Source: Macrostomum lignano (taxonomy: Eukaryota). Taken from it: a DNA stretch of 64,000 nt. The stretch spans positions 248,001 through 312,000 of the forward strand of contig NIVC01000436.1 of NCBI GenBank assembly GCA_002269645.1, in the 5' to 3' direction. Each line of letters opens with the position of its first letter. Position 1 is the first letter of the stretch. The notes below the pieces were generated by a model. It saw only the letters and a program-made list of their open reading frames with translations. It made no database searches and was not told where the DNA came from. Of the stretch, positions 50,088 through 64,000 are shown one piece after another. A program made the translations under genes and the position numbers.

Positions 50088-50924
50088 TGAGTTTTCAATC
50101 ACATTTGTTGAGAAGCTTATTAGCTATAAATCCAGTCACTGAGTACATCTCAGAGTAAGGTACTTTCACTGTACATTGATTTTTGGCAACTACGAGCTGC
50201 CAAACTGAGCGATGGACGGAATCGCATTAATTATTCATGAGCCGTCGGGAATGCTGAGGGATCAGCACAGGTGGCTTGCCAGATGCTTCATAGTTCTCCA
50301 GGGATCGCCTCATCTGCCAGTCTGAGCATTAAATATATCTGCTCATTTACCTTTCTTCTTCATCTGCCTGCTGTTACTTCTATCAGAAAAGCAATCATGC
50401 TAGAATTTGGACTGCATTTCCTACCAGCAGCGCTGTAGGAATTAGGATACATCTTTCAGCTGCTGGAATTATTGAAGAGAAGGACGAGAGAGAGAGAGAA
50501 AGAGAACATGGTTGGGACCGCATCTATAAGAGGCTGGAATGAATTGAGACGCCAGGAGAAGCTAAAAAGAGGGGAGAGAGACGGAGATGGGAAGTCTTTG
50601 CAGGATGTTGTGCAAAAGGTTTAAAAAATGGCCTTCTTACTTTAGCATTTTCTGACAAGGATGCAACGGGACTGGTGAGCAGGCGGCTGCATTGGTGCTT
50701 TTTTGCAGGTCGCGCCAGAAGGAAGTGCAGACGACAGGGCGCTGTGAATGCTGAATGGCCCACTCATCTTTTAGCAGCTTCAAGTGCGTGTAATATGCGT
50801 GTACTAACCACAAAGGTTAGCATACGGTTGCCAATTCTGGTGAACAATGAAGACTATTGCTTAAGTTCTGTCACTGTGTGCACAGAAATACATTATATTG
50901 GTTCATATTCTTAGTTGTTGGTTA

Positions 50925-51989
<1,065 letters not shown>

Positions 51990-52556
51990 CCAGCCAGACA
52001 GACACAGCAGGCAGATGTATCCAGCTGAAGTGCATCAGCTCCCCTCAAAGTTGGCTATCAGCTCCGAGTGCCGCGGGCGGGAAGAAGTTCCGCCCCAGCC
52101 GGCAGCAGGCAGCTCAAAATCCGAGTCGGAGTCGCTGACTGGCCGAGGCGGAGCAGCGGGTATCGGAGCTGGGAAGGCGGTGGTCCAAGGGACTGGAATC
52201 TGCCGAGCCCCTTTCCCGGGGGGCAGGGAGGGATCCGTGAGTTGGGACAGGGCGAGAGGTGGAGCGCGCAAGGGGGCCCGAGAGGCGGGGAGCTGGCCGA
52301 GTGGGATGAGGGGGAGGGCAGGATCTGGGACTCAAGCCGCACCGTCAAGTGTACTCAAGTGGCCGCGGCTCGGCTCGCGCCAAAAAGAGGGGGGTGGTTA
52401 GACAGAAGTATAAAGAAAAAAGAAGCCAAAAAAACAAATTCAAGAAGCAAAGTCTCGCGGGCATCTGCGACCGTCTCTGCGTTCGCAGTTCCGACAGTCG
52501 CGGCTAGCGCTTTCCGAATAAATTTTTGTCAAGGCAGGGCTGAGACTGTTTGTTAG

Positions 52557-52899
52557 ACATGGAAAAGTCTGAAACTGGGACACCCGATGAATATCAACCA
52601 ACTGCAGACTCGTCAGCCAAGATGCTGAATCAGCAGCAGCAGCAACGGCCGCAGCCAACGCCTCCGAGGCCGCAGAGGTCTTCACTTTCGCAGCCGCCTC
52701 AACTATCGCCTCATCAGTCGCCTCATCAGTCGCCTCATCAGTCGCCTCATCAGTCGCCTCAGGCGCTTCAGCTGTCTCCAGAGTCGCCCAGTCTTCATAA
52801 GAGACTTAACTACGCCTCGGCCACCGGTCTGCACAGCCGGCACTCGACGGATGATGCCACAGTGTGTCGCTCTGGAGACGAACGGGGAGGTCAAGTCGG
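52557..52899 (+). CDS. RASGRP: RasGRP-like exon, Q/P/S-rich with SPHQ x4
   Basis: TTAG|AC acceptor; donor GG|GTGAGT, phase 2, matching 53303. Confidence 0.7.
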
Positions 52900-52927
52900 G
52901 TGAGTCTTTGAGGATCTCTAACGGATT

Positions 52928-53272
52928 ACCTTGAGATGAGAATATTTTACTTTGAGATGAGAATATTTTGCTTTGAGATGAGAATCTTTTGTTTTGAGAT
53001 GAGAATCTTTTACCTTGAGATGAGAATATTTTGCTTTGAGATGAGAATCTTTTACCTTGAGATGCGAGTATTTTGCTTTGAGATGCGAATCTTTTACCTT
53101 AAGATGAGAATATTTTACCTTGAGATGCGAATCTTTTGCTTTGAGATGAGAATCTTTTACCTTAAGATGAGAATCTTTTTCTTTGAGATGAGAATCTTTT
53201 ACCTTGAGATGAGAATATTTTTCTTTGAGATGAGAATCTTTTGCTTTGAGATGAGAATCTTTTCCTTGAGAT
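52928..53272. repeat. 21-bp minisatellite TTGAGATGAGAATCTTTTACC
   Basis: Direct reading. Confidence 0.95.
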
Positions 53273-53302
53273 GAGATGGTACAATAACTTTAATTATCGC
53301 AG

Positions 53303-53433
53303 GCGTCATCAAAAGATCAGCGGTGACCTGCTGCTAGTGGATGAGCCGTCAAAAAGCCCCGATGGAACTAACGGAGTCACCGTTCGGGGAGGCACTCTGG
53401 TCGGCTTAGTGGAGTTTGGAATCTCCTGCTTTG
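53303..53433 (+). CDS. RASGRP: RasGRP-like exon, start of REM (RasGEF_N)
   Basis: RGGTLVGLVEFGISCF resembles RasGRP GATLDDLIDSCIQSF; canonical splice sites. Confidence 0.85.
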
Positions 53434-53464
53434 GTGAGGATACTTTGTGATGTAAGGTGAAACA

Positions 53465-53898
53465 TAACTCATTATGTGTACGCCTCCTGGCGGGATTCAG
53501 CCATAGACATAACCCATTATATGCACGCTCTGGAGAGATTCAGCCATAGACATAACCCATTATATGCACGCTCTGGAGAGATTCAGCCATAGACATAACC
53601 CATTATATGCACGCCCTGGGGAGATTCAGCCATAGACATAACTCATTATATGCACGCTCTGGGGAGATTCAGCCATAGACATAACCCATTATATGCACGC
53701 TCTGGGGAGATTCAGCCATAGACATAACCCATTATATGCACGCTCTGGGGAGATTCAGCCATAGACATAACCCATTATATGCACGCTCTGGGGAGATTCA
53801 GCCATAGACATAACCCATTATATGCACGCTCTGGGGAGATTCAGCCATAGACATAGCTCATTATATGCACGCTCTGGGGAGATTCAGCCATAGACATA
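53465..53898. repeat. 43-bp minisatellite CATTATATGCACGCTCTGGGGAGATTCAGCCATAGACATAACC
   Basis: Direct reading. Confidence 0.96.
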
Positions 53899-54032
53899 TC
53901 AAAACAAAATATACAGAGCTGAGCTCTAAACATATTTTAAATAAAATGAAGTAAAAAATCAAATGGCATTATCATGGAACAAGTACGAACTACATGTCTA
54001 AATTCTTAATACATTTCTACCAAACTAATCAG

Positions 54033-54192
54033 ACATAAACGGCAAGGACACCAGAGTTGACAATCAAGAGTTTCTCTGTGTTTTCTTTCTAATGCACGAG
54101 TGGATTTCGGACTCGCTGACCGTGGCTTCAACCATTATTAGCCTGTGCCAGAGCAACCGGAACACGCTGAGGCGAGGCCTGCTTATGATACG
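54033..54192 (+). CDS. RASGRP: RasGRP-like REM exon (not in the ORF track)
   Basis: DINGKDTRVDNQEFLCVFFLMHEWISDSLTVASTIISL...LLMIR; CAG|AC acceptor and CG|GTAAGG donor, phases 1 and 2 as required. Confidence 0.88.
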
Positions 54193-54254
54193 GTAAGGCA
54201 GCATCATGGTTTTGAATTGCTGGTGGGCAGGTGTAATTTTAGCAAGGATTTTTG

Positions 54255-54625
54255 GAGGCTTTAGCACCAGGGGATTTAGCACCAGGGGATTTAGCACCAG
54301 GGGATTTAGCACCAGGGGATTTAGCACCAGGGGCTTTAGCACCAGGGGGATTTAGCCCCAGGGGATTTAGCACCAGGGGCTTTAGCACCAGGGGATTTAG
54401 CACCAGGGGCTTTAGCACCAGGGGATTTAGCACCAGGGGGATTTAGCACCAGGGGATTTAGCACCAGGGGATTTAGCACCAGGGGGATTTAGCACCAGGG
54501 GATTTAGCACCAGGGGGATTTAGCACCAGGGGATTTAGCACCAGGGGGATTTAGCACCAGGGGATTTAGCACCAGGGGCTTTAGCACCAGGGCTTTAGCA
54601 CCAGTGGCTTTAGCACCAGGGGCTT
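54255..54625. repeat. 15-16-bp minisatellite GGGATTTAGCACCAG(G)
   Basis: Direct reading. Confidence 0.95.
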
Positions 54626-54689
54626 TAGCATGACAAGCACTGAAAGTTAAGCAGCGCTGGCCGTGGTTAGTGAGCAACTGCGTCACACC

Positions 54690-54971
54690 TAGGGGGTGTT
54701 CGGGTTTCCATTTTTTCCGGGTTCGGGGTAAACCCCGAACCCAAAACCCGACCTGGACCGAAACCCGACCCGACCTTTTTATTTTTAAAAAGTTTTTTTT
54801 ACTTCGAACCCGAAAACCCCCAAAAACCCGACCCTAAATCCGACCCAAAAACCTGAACCCGAACACCTAACCCCGAACCCGATACCCGACCCGAACACCC
54901 TACCCCGAACCCCGAACCCGGTACCAACCCGACCCGAAACCCGACCCGATTCCGAACCCCGAACACCCCTA
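54690..54971. mobile_element. hAT-like MITE
   Basis: TIR TAGGGG(G)TGTTCGGG / CCCGAACACCCCTA; internal CCCGA(A/C)C repeats; TCACACC occurs on both sides (right copy offset by 3 nt). Confidence 0.7.
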
Positions 54972-55678
54972 GACTCACACCTCAATGCTCTGAGCTATAT
55001 GATACAAAGACAATATACGGTGTACTTTTTCTGTCTTCTTTTTTCAATAGTCATATCGACCTCATGCTGTCGATAATTTCTAAGCCGTGAGCCCTCAAGT
55101 TTAGTACAAGTTTAGCCCTCAAGCCCAAAGGCTCTTGCCTTTGGCAAGAGCAGCCCTTTAGCAAAAAAATGCGAAGCAAGAGACGCGGTGCCTTAATCCC
55201 GTGAGCTAAAATGCTTGCTCTCTCGCTCTTCTCCAGGCTTGGCCCCGGGATCTGTGTACTCGTATGCATAGCACACTGCACGTCTTAGCTCATGCAATGC
55301 CTAGTTGGTATATTTGCGGCGCGACTGAGAAAAAAAGCAGAACTGCAGTACTAAATTTGAGTTTCGTTCAATTTAATAACGGAATTAGAACTAAAAAATT
55401 CTACGGGATTAGAGAGAAGAAGAAGAAGAAGAACGAGAAGCTCAAGTGATTTGGATTGGCGAGCTTTGCTTGGTTACTGACGATCGAGCAGAAGAGAGGA
55501 AGAGAAGGGGTGGAAGAGAGAAGGGAGACGGTCGAATCCATGCAGTCCAGTTTACAAGCCGAACCGCCATTAGACCTTGAAATTTTCTCCTTTCTTTTCT
55601 CTCGCAGCTCTCTACACTTAGTTCTCATGCGCCAAGCTAGCTTAGCATCAATCAATAGAAGGAGTGTACTGCTGGGCG

Positions 55679-56218
55679 CAGGGGCGTCGCCACCAAGGTG
55701 GGACATGTCCCCCCCCAGTAAAAGATATGGGGGGGGCATGCCAATGCTTTGTCCCCCCACCCAACTTTGTGTCCCGTTATGGAAATCAAAAATTTAATTT
55801 AGGGCGATAAAATATAACGCCTGCGGCGCCAAAATGAGTACCTTTGGCGCCAAAATGAGTACCTTTGGCGCCAAAATGAGTACCTTTGGCGCCAAAATGA
55901 GTGCTTTCTGCGCCAAAATGTGTCTGTGGTGCTAAAATGAGTGCCTGCGGCCTGCGGTGCTAAAATGAGTTTCTGCGGTGCCAAAATGAGTGTCTGCGGT
56001 GCTAAAATGAGTGTCTGCGGCGCCAAAATGAGTGCCTGCGGCGCTAAAATGAGTGCTTTCTGCGCCAAAATGAGTGCCTGCGACGCTAAAATGAGTGCCT
56101 GCGGCGCTAAAATGAGTGCCTGCGGCGCTAAAATGTACATAAATAAAATGTACATGTTCATATAGAATTCTTGGATTTGTCCCCCCCCCCCACCATAAAA
56201 TCCATGGAGACGCCCCTG
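55679..56218. mobile_element. hAT-like MITE with an internal 21-bp tandem repeat
   Basis: TIR CAGGGGCGTCGCCA / TGGAGACGCCCCTG; CTGCTGG on both flanks (left copy offset by CG); internal (GCCAAAATGAGT...)n. Confidence 0.75.
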
Positions 56219-57418
56219 CTGCTGGTATAACTTCTAGCACTAGAGGAGGCCGAGGGAATGCTTATAAAATATGCCATAATTAGTACTACTTAGCATAGCA
56301 CTGATTCTGTTCTATATAATAATTGCTCGCGAAATCTCAGGTGAAAGTAAACCATTATTCGCAAAAGCCAGGCGTTGCTTCACCGAAAGCTTGTTTTGGC
56401 TATTGCGAGACTGGGCGGAACTGATTGAATGTAAAAGTTAAAAAACATTTTCCTCCATCATTTTTTCTAAACTGGTTTGCGAGCTGCTGCATGCCCTCGA
56501 AATCCGATTGTCTCTGAATTTTATAGACGATTGAATTTCAAAGACGGATCGACTTGAAAGGGAAAAACGTCTTGATGCCAAAGCACGCAATTATTAAATG
56601 GCTAGTCACTCTTTTTTGCGAATTAGCTAAGCTTTCAAAGGTGGAAAATGCACGATGTCCTAGCGCAATAGTACAGTCAATTTTAACAAAAAATGAATTG
56701 CATTATTACAGGATTTGTGATGTAGGGATAGTAATCATAATTAATGCTATTAATTAAAATCGTGCGTAATTAAAGCCGATACTAAAAGCGTGTAACCTTT
56801 ATTCGCGTTTAATTAAAAGGAACTCTTTTATAAAAGGGGCTGCAATTGATTAAAAGGATGATAAAGTGTGGAGTCGGTCTTTTTATGGCGCAATTAAATC
56901 GATAAGGTTTTTAGGTTCAGATTGTCAGTCATAAAAGCGAGATTTACTCCGATCCGGACTGTATAGATATAGGTCTGTTTAATTTTTTAAGAAATCTAAA
57001 ACTAATACTGTAAGTACTTTAACTTACTGTCTTTTTCAGGTTCTTTATAAGGTCTTTGTTCAGAAGATCTAGCTCCCGGTTGGTTTTTAGTTAAATTTTT
57101 AACTTCTCTAAATTTGAAATTCTACTCAAATTATCAAATTATTTATTTACTATTTTCGTTATAATATATTATAAAAATAATGTAAATACAAGTTTATTTG
57201 ATAGCCCGTGTTATTAAATTGTTAAAGAATAATAGCAGTAACATTAAATCTAAATCGTAATAATATAAGCATTAATGTTAATCCCGAAATTCATTGACGA
57301 TCAGTATTCATTTTTATTACTTTTGTCATTCTTGTTATTCTTTAAAGAAAAATACGGTAATATTTGAAGGTCAGACACAGCTATTTATCAATACCAAGAC
57401 CTCTGATTCCTCATGCAG

Positions 57419-57547
57419 ATTCTGGATTAACAAACACCCGGAAGCATTTGAAGCGAACAAATCGCTGGCCCAGTTAGTTGAATCGTTTTTCGAGCGCGTC
57501 AATGCTAGAGACTTGGACGATGAAGCTGTGAATCTGGGCGACTGCAC
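57419..57547 (+). CDS. RASGRP: RasGRP-like exon, end of REM
   Basis: RFWINKHPEAF...LVESFFERV matches the REM R-x-W motif; donor AC|GTGAGT. Confidence 0.88.
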
Positions 57548-57608
57548 GTGAGTTTTTAAACTTTTTTAAACTGCTAACTTGTCTGAAAATTGAACGCAAT
57601 ATTATCAG

Positions 57609-57784
57609 ATATTCGTCGGAATTAAAAAAAAACAGATCTCGACGGCAATGGCTGCGTTTGGACTCATTAAAAAAGGCGAAGTCTTCGGAGCTGCCGTGAA
57701 CTCGCTGGTGTTTCACCAGCTGGAGGCTGAGCAACTGCGGCCCAGTTAACTGTACTCGAATTCAAAGCGTTCAGTAGGATTCGA
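57609..57784 (+). CDS. RASGRP: RasGRP-like exon, start of CDC25 domain; two apparent 1-nt deletions
   Basis: SLVFHQLEAEQL and AAQLTVLEFKAFSRIR (cf. [27 protein letters not shown]) lie in different frames; adding one G at ~57693 and one at ~57737 restores a continuous ORF. Confidence 0.8.
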
Positions 57785-57844
57785 GTGAGTGATTAAAACT
57801 GTTTCAATTGGAAAGCATGGTGGGTTAGGGGCTTCATGTTGGCA

Positions 57845-57989
57845 CAGACAGGGGAGTGGGATGGGTATAGCTGCTGGAACGGGGAGAGTGGGTTGGTTGG
57901 CTGCTGGGGCAAGGAGGGGGAGTGGGGTGGAGGCTGCTGGGGCAAGAGGGGGAGTGGGTGGGTGGCTTCTGGACAAGAGGGGGAGTGGG
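57845..57989. repeat. G-rich degenerate repeat running into the gap
   Basis: GGGGAGTGGG...GGCTGCTGG...CAAGAGG units. Confidence 0.8.
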
Positions 57990-58795
57990 NNNNNNNNNNN
58001 NNNNNNNNNNNNNNNNNNNNNNNNNNNNNNNNNNNNNNNNNNNNNNNNNNNNNNNNNNNNNNNNNNNNNNNNNNNNNNNNNNNNNNNNNNNNNNNNNNNN
58101 NNNNNNNNNNNNNNNNNNNNNNNNNNNNNNNNNNNNNNNNNNNNNNNNNNNNNNNNNNNNNNNNNNNNNNNNNNNNNNNNNNNNNNNNNNNNNNNNNNNN
58201 NNNNNNNNNNNNNNNNNNNNNNNNNNNNNNNNNNNNNNNNNNNNNNNNNNNNNNNNNNNNNNNNNNNNNNNNNNNNNNNNNNNNNNNNNNNNNNNNNNNN
58301 NNNNNNNNNNNNNNNNNNNNNNNNNNNNNNNNNNNNNNNNNNNNNNNNNNNNNNNNNNNNNNNNNNNNNNNNNNNNNNNNNNNNNNNNNNNNNNNNNNNN
58401 NNNNNNNNNNNNNNNNNNNNNNNNNNNNNNNNNNNNNNNNNNNNNNNNNNNNNNNNNNNNNNNNNNNNNNNNNNNNNNNNNNNNNNNNNNNNNNNNNNNN
58501 NNNNNNNNNNNNNNNNNNNNNNNNNNNNNNNNNNNNNNNNNNNNNNNNNNNNNNNNNNNNNNNNNNNNNNNNNNNNNNNNNNNNNNNNNNNNNNNNNNNN
58601 NNNNNNNNNNNNNNNNNNNNNNNNNNNNNNNNNNNNNNNNNNNNNNNNNNNNNNNNNNNNNNNNNNNNNNNNNNNNNNNNNNNNNNNNNNNNNNNNNNNN
58701 NNNNNNNNNNNNNNNNNNNNNNNNNNNNNNNNNNNNNNNNNNNNNNNNNNNNNNNNNNNNNNNNNNNNNNNNNNNNNNNNNNNNNNNNNNNNNNN
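57990..58795. other. Assembly gap (806 N)
   Basis: Run of N. Confidence 1.
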
Positions 58796-59599
58796 TGCAA
58801 TTTGATTAATTGGGTGCGAAAAGGAAACTAAGAAAAATAAATCAATTTTTTAATTTCGAGGCACTGCTTTTAATTAAATATCGTTGACAGCTTTCTAAGA
58901 AATCTAATTAAAATCGACGAGGAAGCAAAACCGGACGGATAAATTTTAGCCTGCCGCCGTTATTTCACTTTTATTTCCATCCGTTTTCTTTTTCACACCA
59001 TGCTCGTGTTGTTTAATTTGATTCATTAATTTGACATTGTATAGCCTGCGGTCCTTTCCTGACCTTTCGCAAACATATTAAATAGACAGTGAAAAGAGGA
59101 ATATGGTAAATAGTATGCCTGATCGTTGAAGACTTGAAAGGGGTCCTGAACTCCTGTCAGATGCAGAGCGCATGCATGGAATCAGGCAGTTCACTAAAAA
59201 GTCAACAGAAAGTTTTTTCTTATTGGTTCAGTCAGGATTCAACAGACTGAATATAGTTAGCAAGAAATTTATCGGAATCCATGCTTCGCACGGTTCACAG
59301 GGGGGGGGGGTTGGGCACGCACTCACACACCGAGCACGGCAGACACACACACTCACGCAAAGGTGTGGGCGAGAATTTTACACGTCCCAAATACAATGCA
59401 ATTGTGACTACGCTCTGTATAGAACGCGAGTAATTTGTCGCGTGCACGAGTCGGACTCGTTGCCACTGAGGTACTCCGCTCTCCCCATCTTTTAGGCTAC
59501 CTTCTCAAAGGCTGAGAAAGCCGCTGGGTTGCATCGAGAACTGAGGATGAGAAAGGCATAAAGTTTTGAATCGATAGTTAACACGAGGAAAAGGGGATT

Positions 59600-59722
59600 G
59601 AGCAGCAGCTCAGCGGGTAAACTCGTCGAACCCTCACGTCACGATCCCTGGCTCGACAGTATTGGCTCGCTTGTATGATGCTCAGGAGTCAGCGGAATAA
59701 ATAAATAATAAATAAATAAATA
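59600..59722 (+). mobile_element. Short degenerate SINE-like element
   Basis: GCAGCTCAGCGGGTAA (A-box-like), CCTGGCTCGA (B-box-like), short body and (AATA)n tail. Confidence 0.4.
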
Positions 59723-59787
59723 GCACTAAAGGTATCCCAGTCATAATCGTTCATTCAATCAGTAATTTCTCATTTCAAACAACACAG

Positions 59788-60128
59788 CGACGGAATGATC
59801 TCTAAAACCGAACTCAACGACTACTTCATCCGGGCGAATTCGCACGCGCTGAAGAGCAGCTTCAAGCACGACTTCCACGAGACGTCCTACTTCAAGCCGA
59901 CCTTCTGCGACCGCTGCACCGGCCTGTTGTGGGGCCTCATCAAGCAGGGATGGAAGTGTCGCGGTTGCGGCATCAACGTTCACAAGCACTGCAAGGACAC
60001 CGTTGTCATGGAGTGCCGGACCAGGACTTCCACGACGGGACAGCAAAGTGGCAGCGGCAGCGGCGGCGGGGCAGGCGGCGGTGGCAGCCAGACGCGTGGA
60101 GGAGGCGGACCCGGCAATGCGGCAGACG
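59788..60128 (+). CDS. RASGRP: RasGRP-like exon: end of EF-hand + C1 (DAG-binding) domain
   Basis: DGMISKTELNDYFIRANS followed by HDFHETSYFKPTFCDRCTGLLWGLIKQGWKCRGCGINVHKHCKDTVVMEC; donor G|GTGAGC. Confidence 0.95.
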
Positions 60129-60334
60129 GTGAGCAGTTGGAAGCAGATGCTGCTGAACTGGGCTTTATTGGGACGTTTACGAGAATTTGGGAGGCTCGAA
60201 GAACACTTTTTCCCGTGACATAAAAATTTAGAGTCTAATAGAGACTACTAAGCTATGAGCGTAGTAGACTGTCCAAATTGAATCTCTGATGTTTATAATG
60301 AATCGCTATAGTGGCTAAATTCAGCTTTGTTTGA

Positions 60335-61000
<666 letters not shown>

Positions 61001-61512
61001 TCAAGTGTCAGTGGAGCATCCTGGCGCAACGCCTTCGGCGGCAACGCCTGACAACCAACGCCCATTCCCCTGCCCATTCTCCTGACTGCCTGAGCACATG
61101 CAAGCACATCAATACATTAAGCAGGTCGCACTCATACACGCTCACACAGGGTGTATGGAGACATTTCCCGTCAGAGCCCAGGGTCAAAATAGGATCAGGA
61201 TATAAACGCAACTGTTTCAACTGTTCCGACAAGTTTTCGACGCACTCATCGGTTTGACCCTGAGCTTTTCTGTGGGTTCAAATTTAGCGTTTAGTTTTGG
61301 GTTGAGTTTAAGTTCCATCGATCCACATCCAATGTTTAACTGATCGGGATTTGAAATAGCAAAGAAAAAACTTGAAGCAGTACAAGTGTAAGTGTGTGGT
61401 ACCATAAAACCGAACGTACAAAATGCACACTACAGCTTGAAATAATCTTCAGAAGACCCAAATCATGTCAGTTGGTCGTGTAATTGCATGTCCAATTAAC
61501 CTTTCGTTACAG

Positions 61513-61907
61513 GCTCCACCGCGCCTGCATCGATGTCATCTCTAGGTGCTGGAAGCAGCCAGACAGGCAGCGTCTTGACCGGAACTGCGTCTGGAACCGG
61601 TACAAGCGTTCGAACTGGCAACAGTAGGGACAGCAGTGCCCGCTCTAGACGTCGGTCTCAACAACAGCAAAACCATCATCAGCAGCAGCAGCAATCGCAG
61701 CAGCATTCAACCGTTTCAGCGACACCTTCTGGTCTGTCGGCTCAGGAGAAAGCAATCCAAACCGACGCCTGTCGATGCTGCCACGGCGCCGGCGGTGCCG
61801 TCACCGACACTGTCGACGGAAGCAGCGCCGGGGAGTCGCCGTCGCCGAGGTCGCCGAATTCGCCGTTGGGCGACTATGATGAAGCAGCTAAGAGGAAGCT
61901 GACCAGC
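61513..61907 (+). CDS. RASGRP: RasGRP-like low-complexity exon
   Basis: TTACAG|GC acceptor, phase 1; open S/G/Q-rich frame; donor AGC|GTGAGT. Confidence 0.8.
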
Positions 61908-63460
61908 GTGAGTTAATTAACCCTTGCTGTTGAAATCTGGGAAACTGCTATTTGAGAAACCAGCCAGGGAACACTGATAAGATATGCGAGGGAATTTATA
62001 AAATAAATATTCCCAATCGTTAGGCCAAGGGCTACTCAATTAGGAGGACGGGAAAATTGTTATTGCTATTTTGATAGGAGGCAGATCCAAAGTTCATCTT
62101 TTGATATGTTGTGCCTTTCTTGTTGTTTTATCGATATTCATAAAGCTTTTTGTTCACAATTAGCCCCAAACAGCATGTACGCTCGTACGTGTAATTGTGA
62201 TCAAAAACTCGAAATTTTGTACATAATCATCATTGAAAAGTCTATACAGTTTCAAATTTTGCTCCCAGAGTTTACCAACTGATTGATATAGTAAATTATC
62301 ATTTCATGTCGCATTGCCACGTGAGCTATGACTTGTCTATCTACAGGCAATATCTTGCTAAAACAATTTTCATTATTTTAATTGGTCGCCCCATGGATAC
62401 ATTTATGGACAAGACTTTGGAGAAAAAAAGCTTTAATCAACCTGTTTTTAGAAATTATAAACTCAAAATCTGTAACGAATCCATCGCAAGTTAAATCCAA
62501 GCATTTATCAATTTATTTTTGGATCAGGGATTTTTTCGTTTACACCCCGTTTCCAATTCTATTTTTGAACTATATTTGTATGGGAAATCGATCTGATAAA
62601 CAATCAGTTAGTGAATAAATAGTCAAAATCTTTAAGTCGCATCCGTCCCAAAGCCAGACAGGGCCATGCTGAGTCAATAAGGGCCTTTCTTTGATTTCTA
62701 AATTTATCTCTGCGTAGCACAGATTCTGTTTGCTCAATTTTAGACCTCGAAGATGGTTACCTATATAGATTTTCTGGCTTTCCTGACAACAGTCAAAGTG
62801 TAATCACCTGATAAGTGACGGTTTGAAGTGACTGTTATATAGTGCATTTTGTTGGTGGCTATAAATAAAGTACATGCATGTAACAGCTGTAAATGTACTC
62901 TTACGAGTTATGCGGATCGCAGCTGTGGAGATGCAGTCAGGCGAGCCATGCAGTATCTTCGTGTCTTTACTGGGGACACCACCCGATGGCTGCAGTGTGG
63001 TGAGGCATTATTGCATTTGACTGGCTCCAAAGCTATAATGTTGTCTGTTACACATTCTGTTACACACTGAGCTAAGAACGACAAAACAGATATAGAACTA
63101 TAATGAGCCGAGCCGTGCAAATTTTAATGGTTCCTTTCAATGCATGATTGTATACGTAGAATAAAAAATTAACATAGAATCCTGATTTTCTAAAGAAAGC
63201 CACAACTTAGCTGGACATTGGGTCTGCTGCAATGTCAAGCTGCAATTCCTGGAATAATAAAATATAATTAAGTAAACAATAATTTACACGCAGCTGATTG
63301 TAGTTTTAAATTAACTATATCTACAGAGCATCTTATAGTCCTTGCTATAAGACTAAGTGTTATTTTATTATATTATAATTTACTGCCCGAACTAATAGCA
63401 AATTCAATTAGTTCAGGGTTATAAATCATCCTGCATTGCCCCCCAACCCCACTCCCCCAG

Positions 63461-63631
63461 GAAAACAATCAGCTTCGCGCAGAGGCTCAGAGCCTTCGCC
63501 AGCAGGTACAAACGCAGTCGGAGGTGATCGCCAAGTTACGCGACGAAATCGCGAACATGCGACAGCAGACGGTCAGCTTCATATTGAAGCAGATGGACAC
63601 GCTGCAGATGCAGCAGAACTCCGAGGTGTAG
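63461..63631 (+). CDS. RASGRP: RasGRP-like terminal exon, coiled coil (not in the ORF track)
   Basis: CCCCCAG| acceptor; ENNQLRAEAQSLRQQ...RQQTVSFILKQMDTLQMQQNSEV*; stop at 63629-63631. Confidence 0.85.
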   Translation, partial: ENNQLRAEAQSLRQQVQTQSEVIAKLRDEIANMRQQTVSFILKQMDTLQMQQNSEV

Positions 63632-64000
63632 CTGAGAATTACCCGCCGCTGCTGCTGAGCTACAAGACTTGACACAATTTGTTAAGCGTCACCCTATTCC
63701 CTGTTCGTGATCTGCATCTGTCCCGCTCTCCGTGTTGTCAATAATTGTTTTTTCGTTTTGTGATCGACCGCATTTTGTTATTGCTATATAATTCGATTTT
63801 TCTGTCTTTTCCATGCAACCATACGACGTACATGTACATGTATGTACTGTACACAATACTTCACCTGCACACTCATCGGGCCTTCAGGAGATTTGAATGT
63901 TTCAAGAGGCTCAATGTACCCATACTTATTTTTTTAGTTTATGTGTATAGATTTAATAAACATTAGCTATACTTTCCTATTGTACACGTATAGTCGTATC

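Noticed and set aside
50490-50800. Alternative RasGRP first exon (MVGTASIRG...)
   Set aside because: Weak donor, phase-incompatible with exon 52557, and no homology.
57789-58831. ~300-aa ORFs across 57.8-58.8 kb
   Set aside because: Artefacts of the N run.

Overview
Metazoan (invertebrate) genomic DNA, not prokaryotic. Three large intron-rich genes lie in tandem on the + strand. (1) An FMN1/FMN2/Cappuccino-class formin, 5' end outside the window, <1 to ~14.8/16.5 kb, with DEP, FH1 and FH2 domains. (2) A CEP170-like gene, 23737-42159, 8 coding exons, with an FHA domain and a CEP170_C-like C-terminus. (3) A RasGRP-like gene, 45935-63631, with REM, the start of CDC25, EF-hand, C1 and a coiled coil; most of its catalytic domain is missing across an N-gap (57990-58795). 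Exon models were built by hand from GT/AG sites, phase compatibility and remembered family motifs. Almost every intron carries its own unrelated micro- or minisatellite, and these explain nearly all long ORFs in the supplied track. Mobile DNA includes a deleted Tc1/IS630-like element, an 8-bp-TSD element with a nested TIR element carrying a spliced PHD-finger pseudogene, hAT-like MITEs, a tRNA-derived SINE and Helitron-like junctions. Two decayed copies of an unidentified coding sequence lie antisense near the formin 3' end. The genome style resembles the flatworm Macrostomum, but this is inference only. No rRNA, bona fide tRNA or CRISPR array was found.
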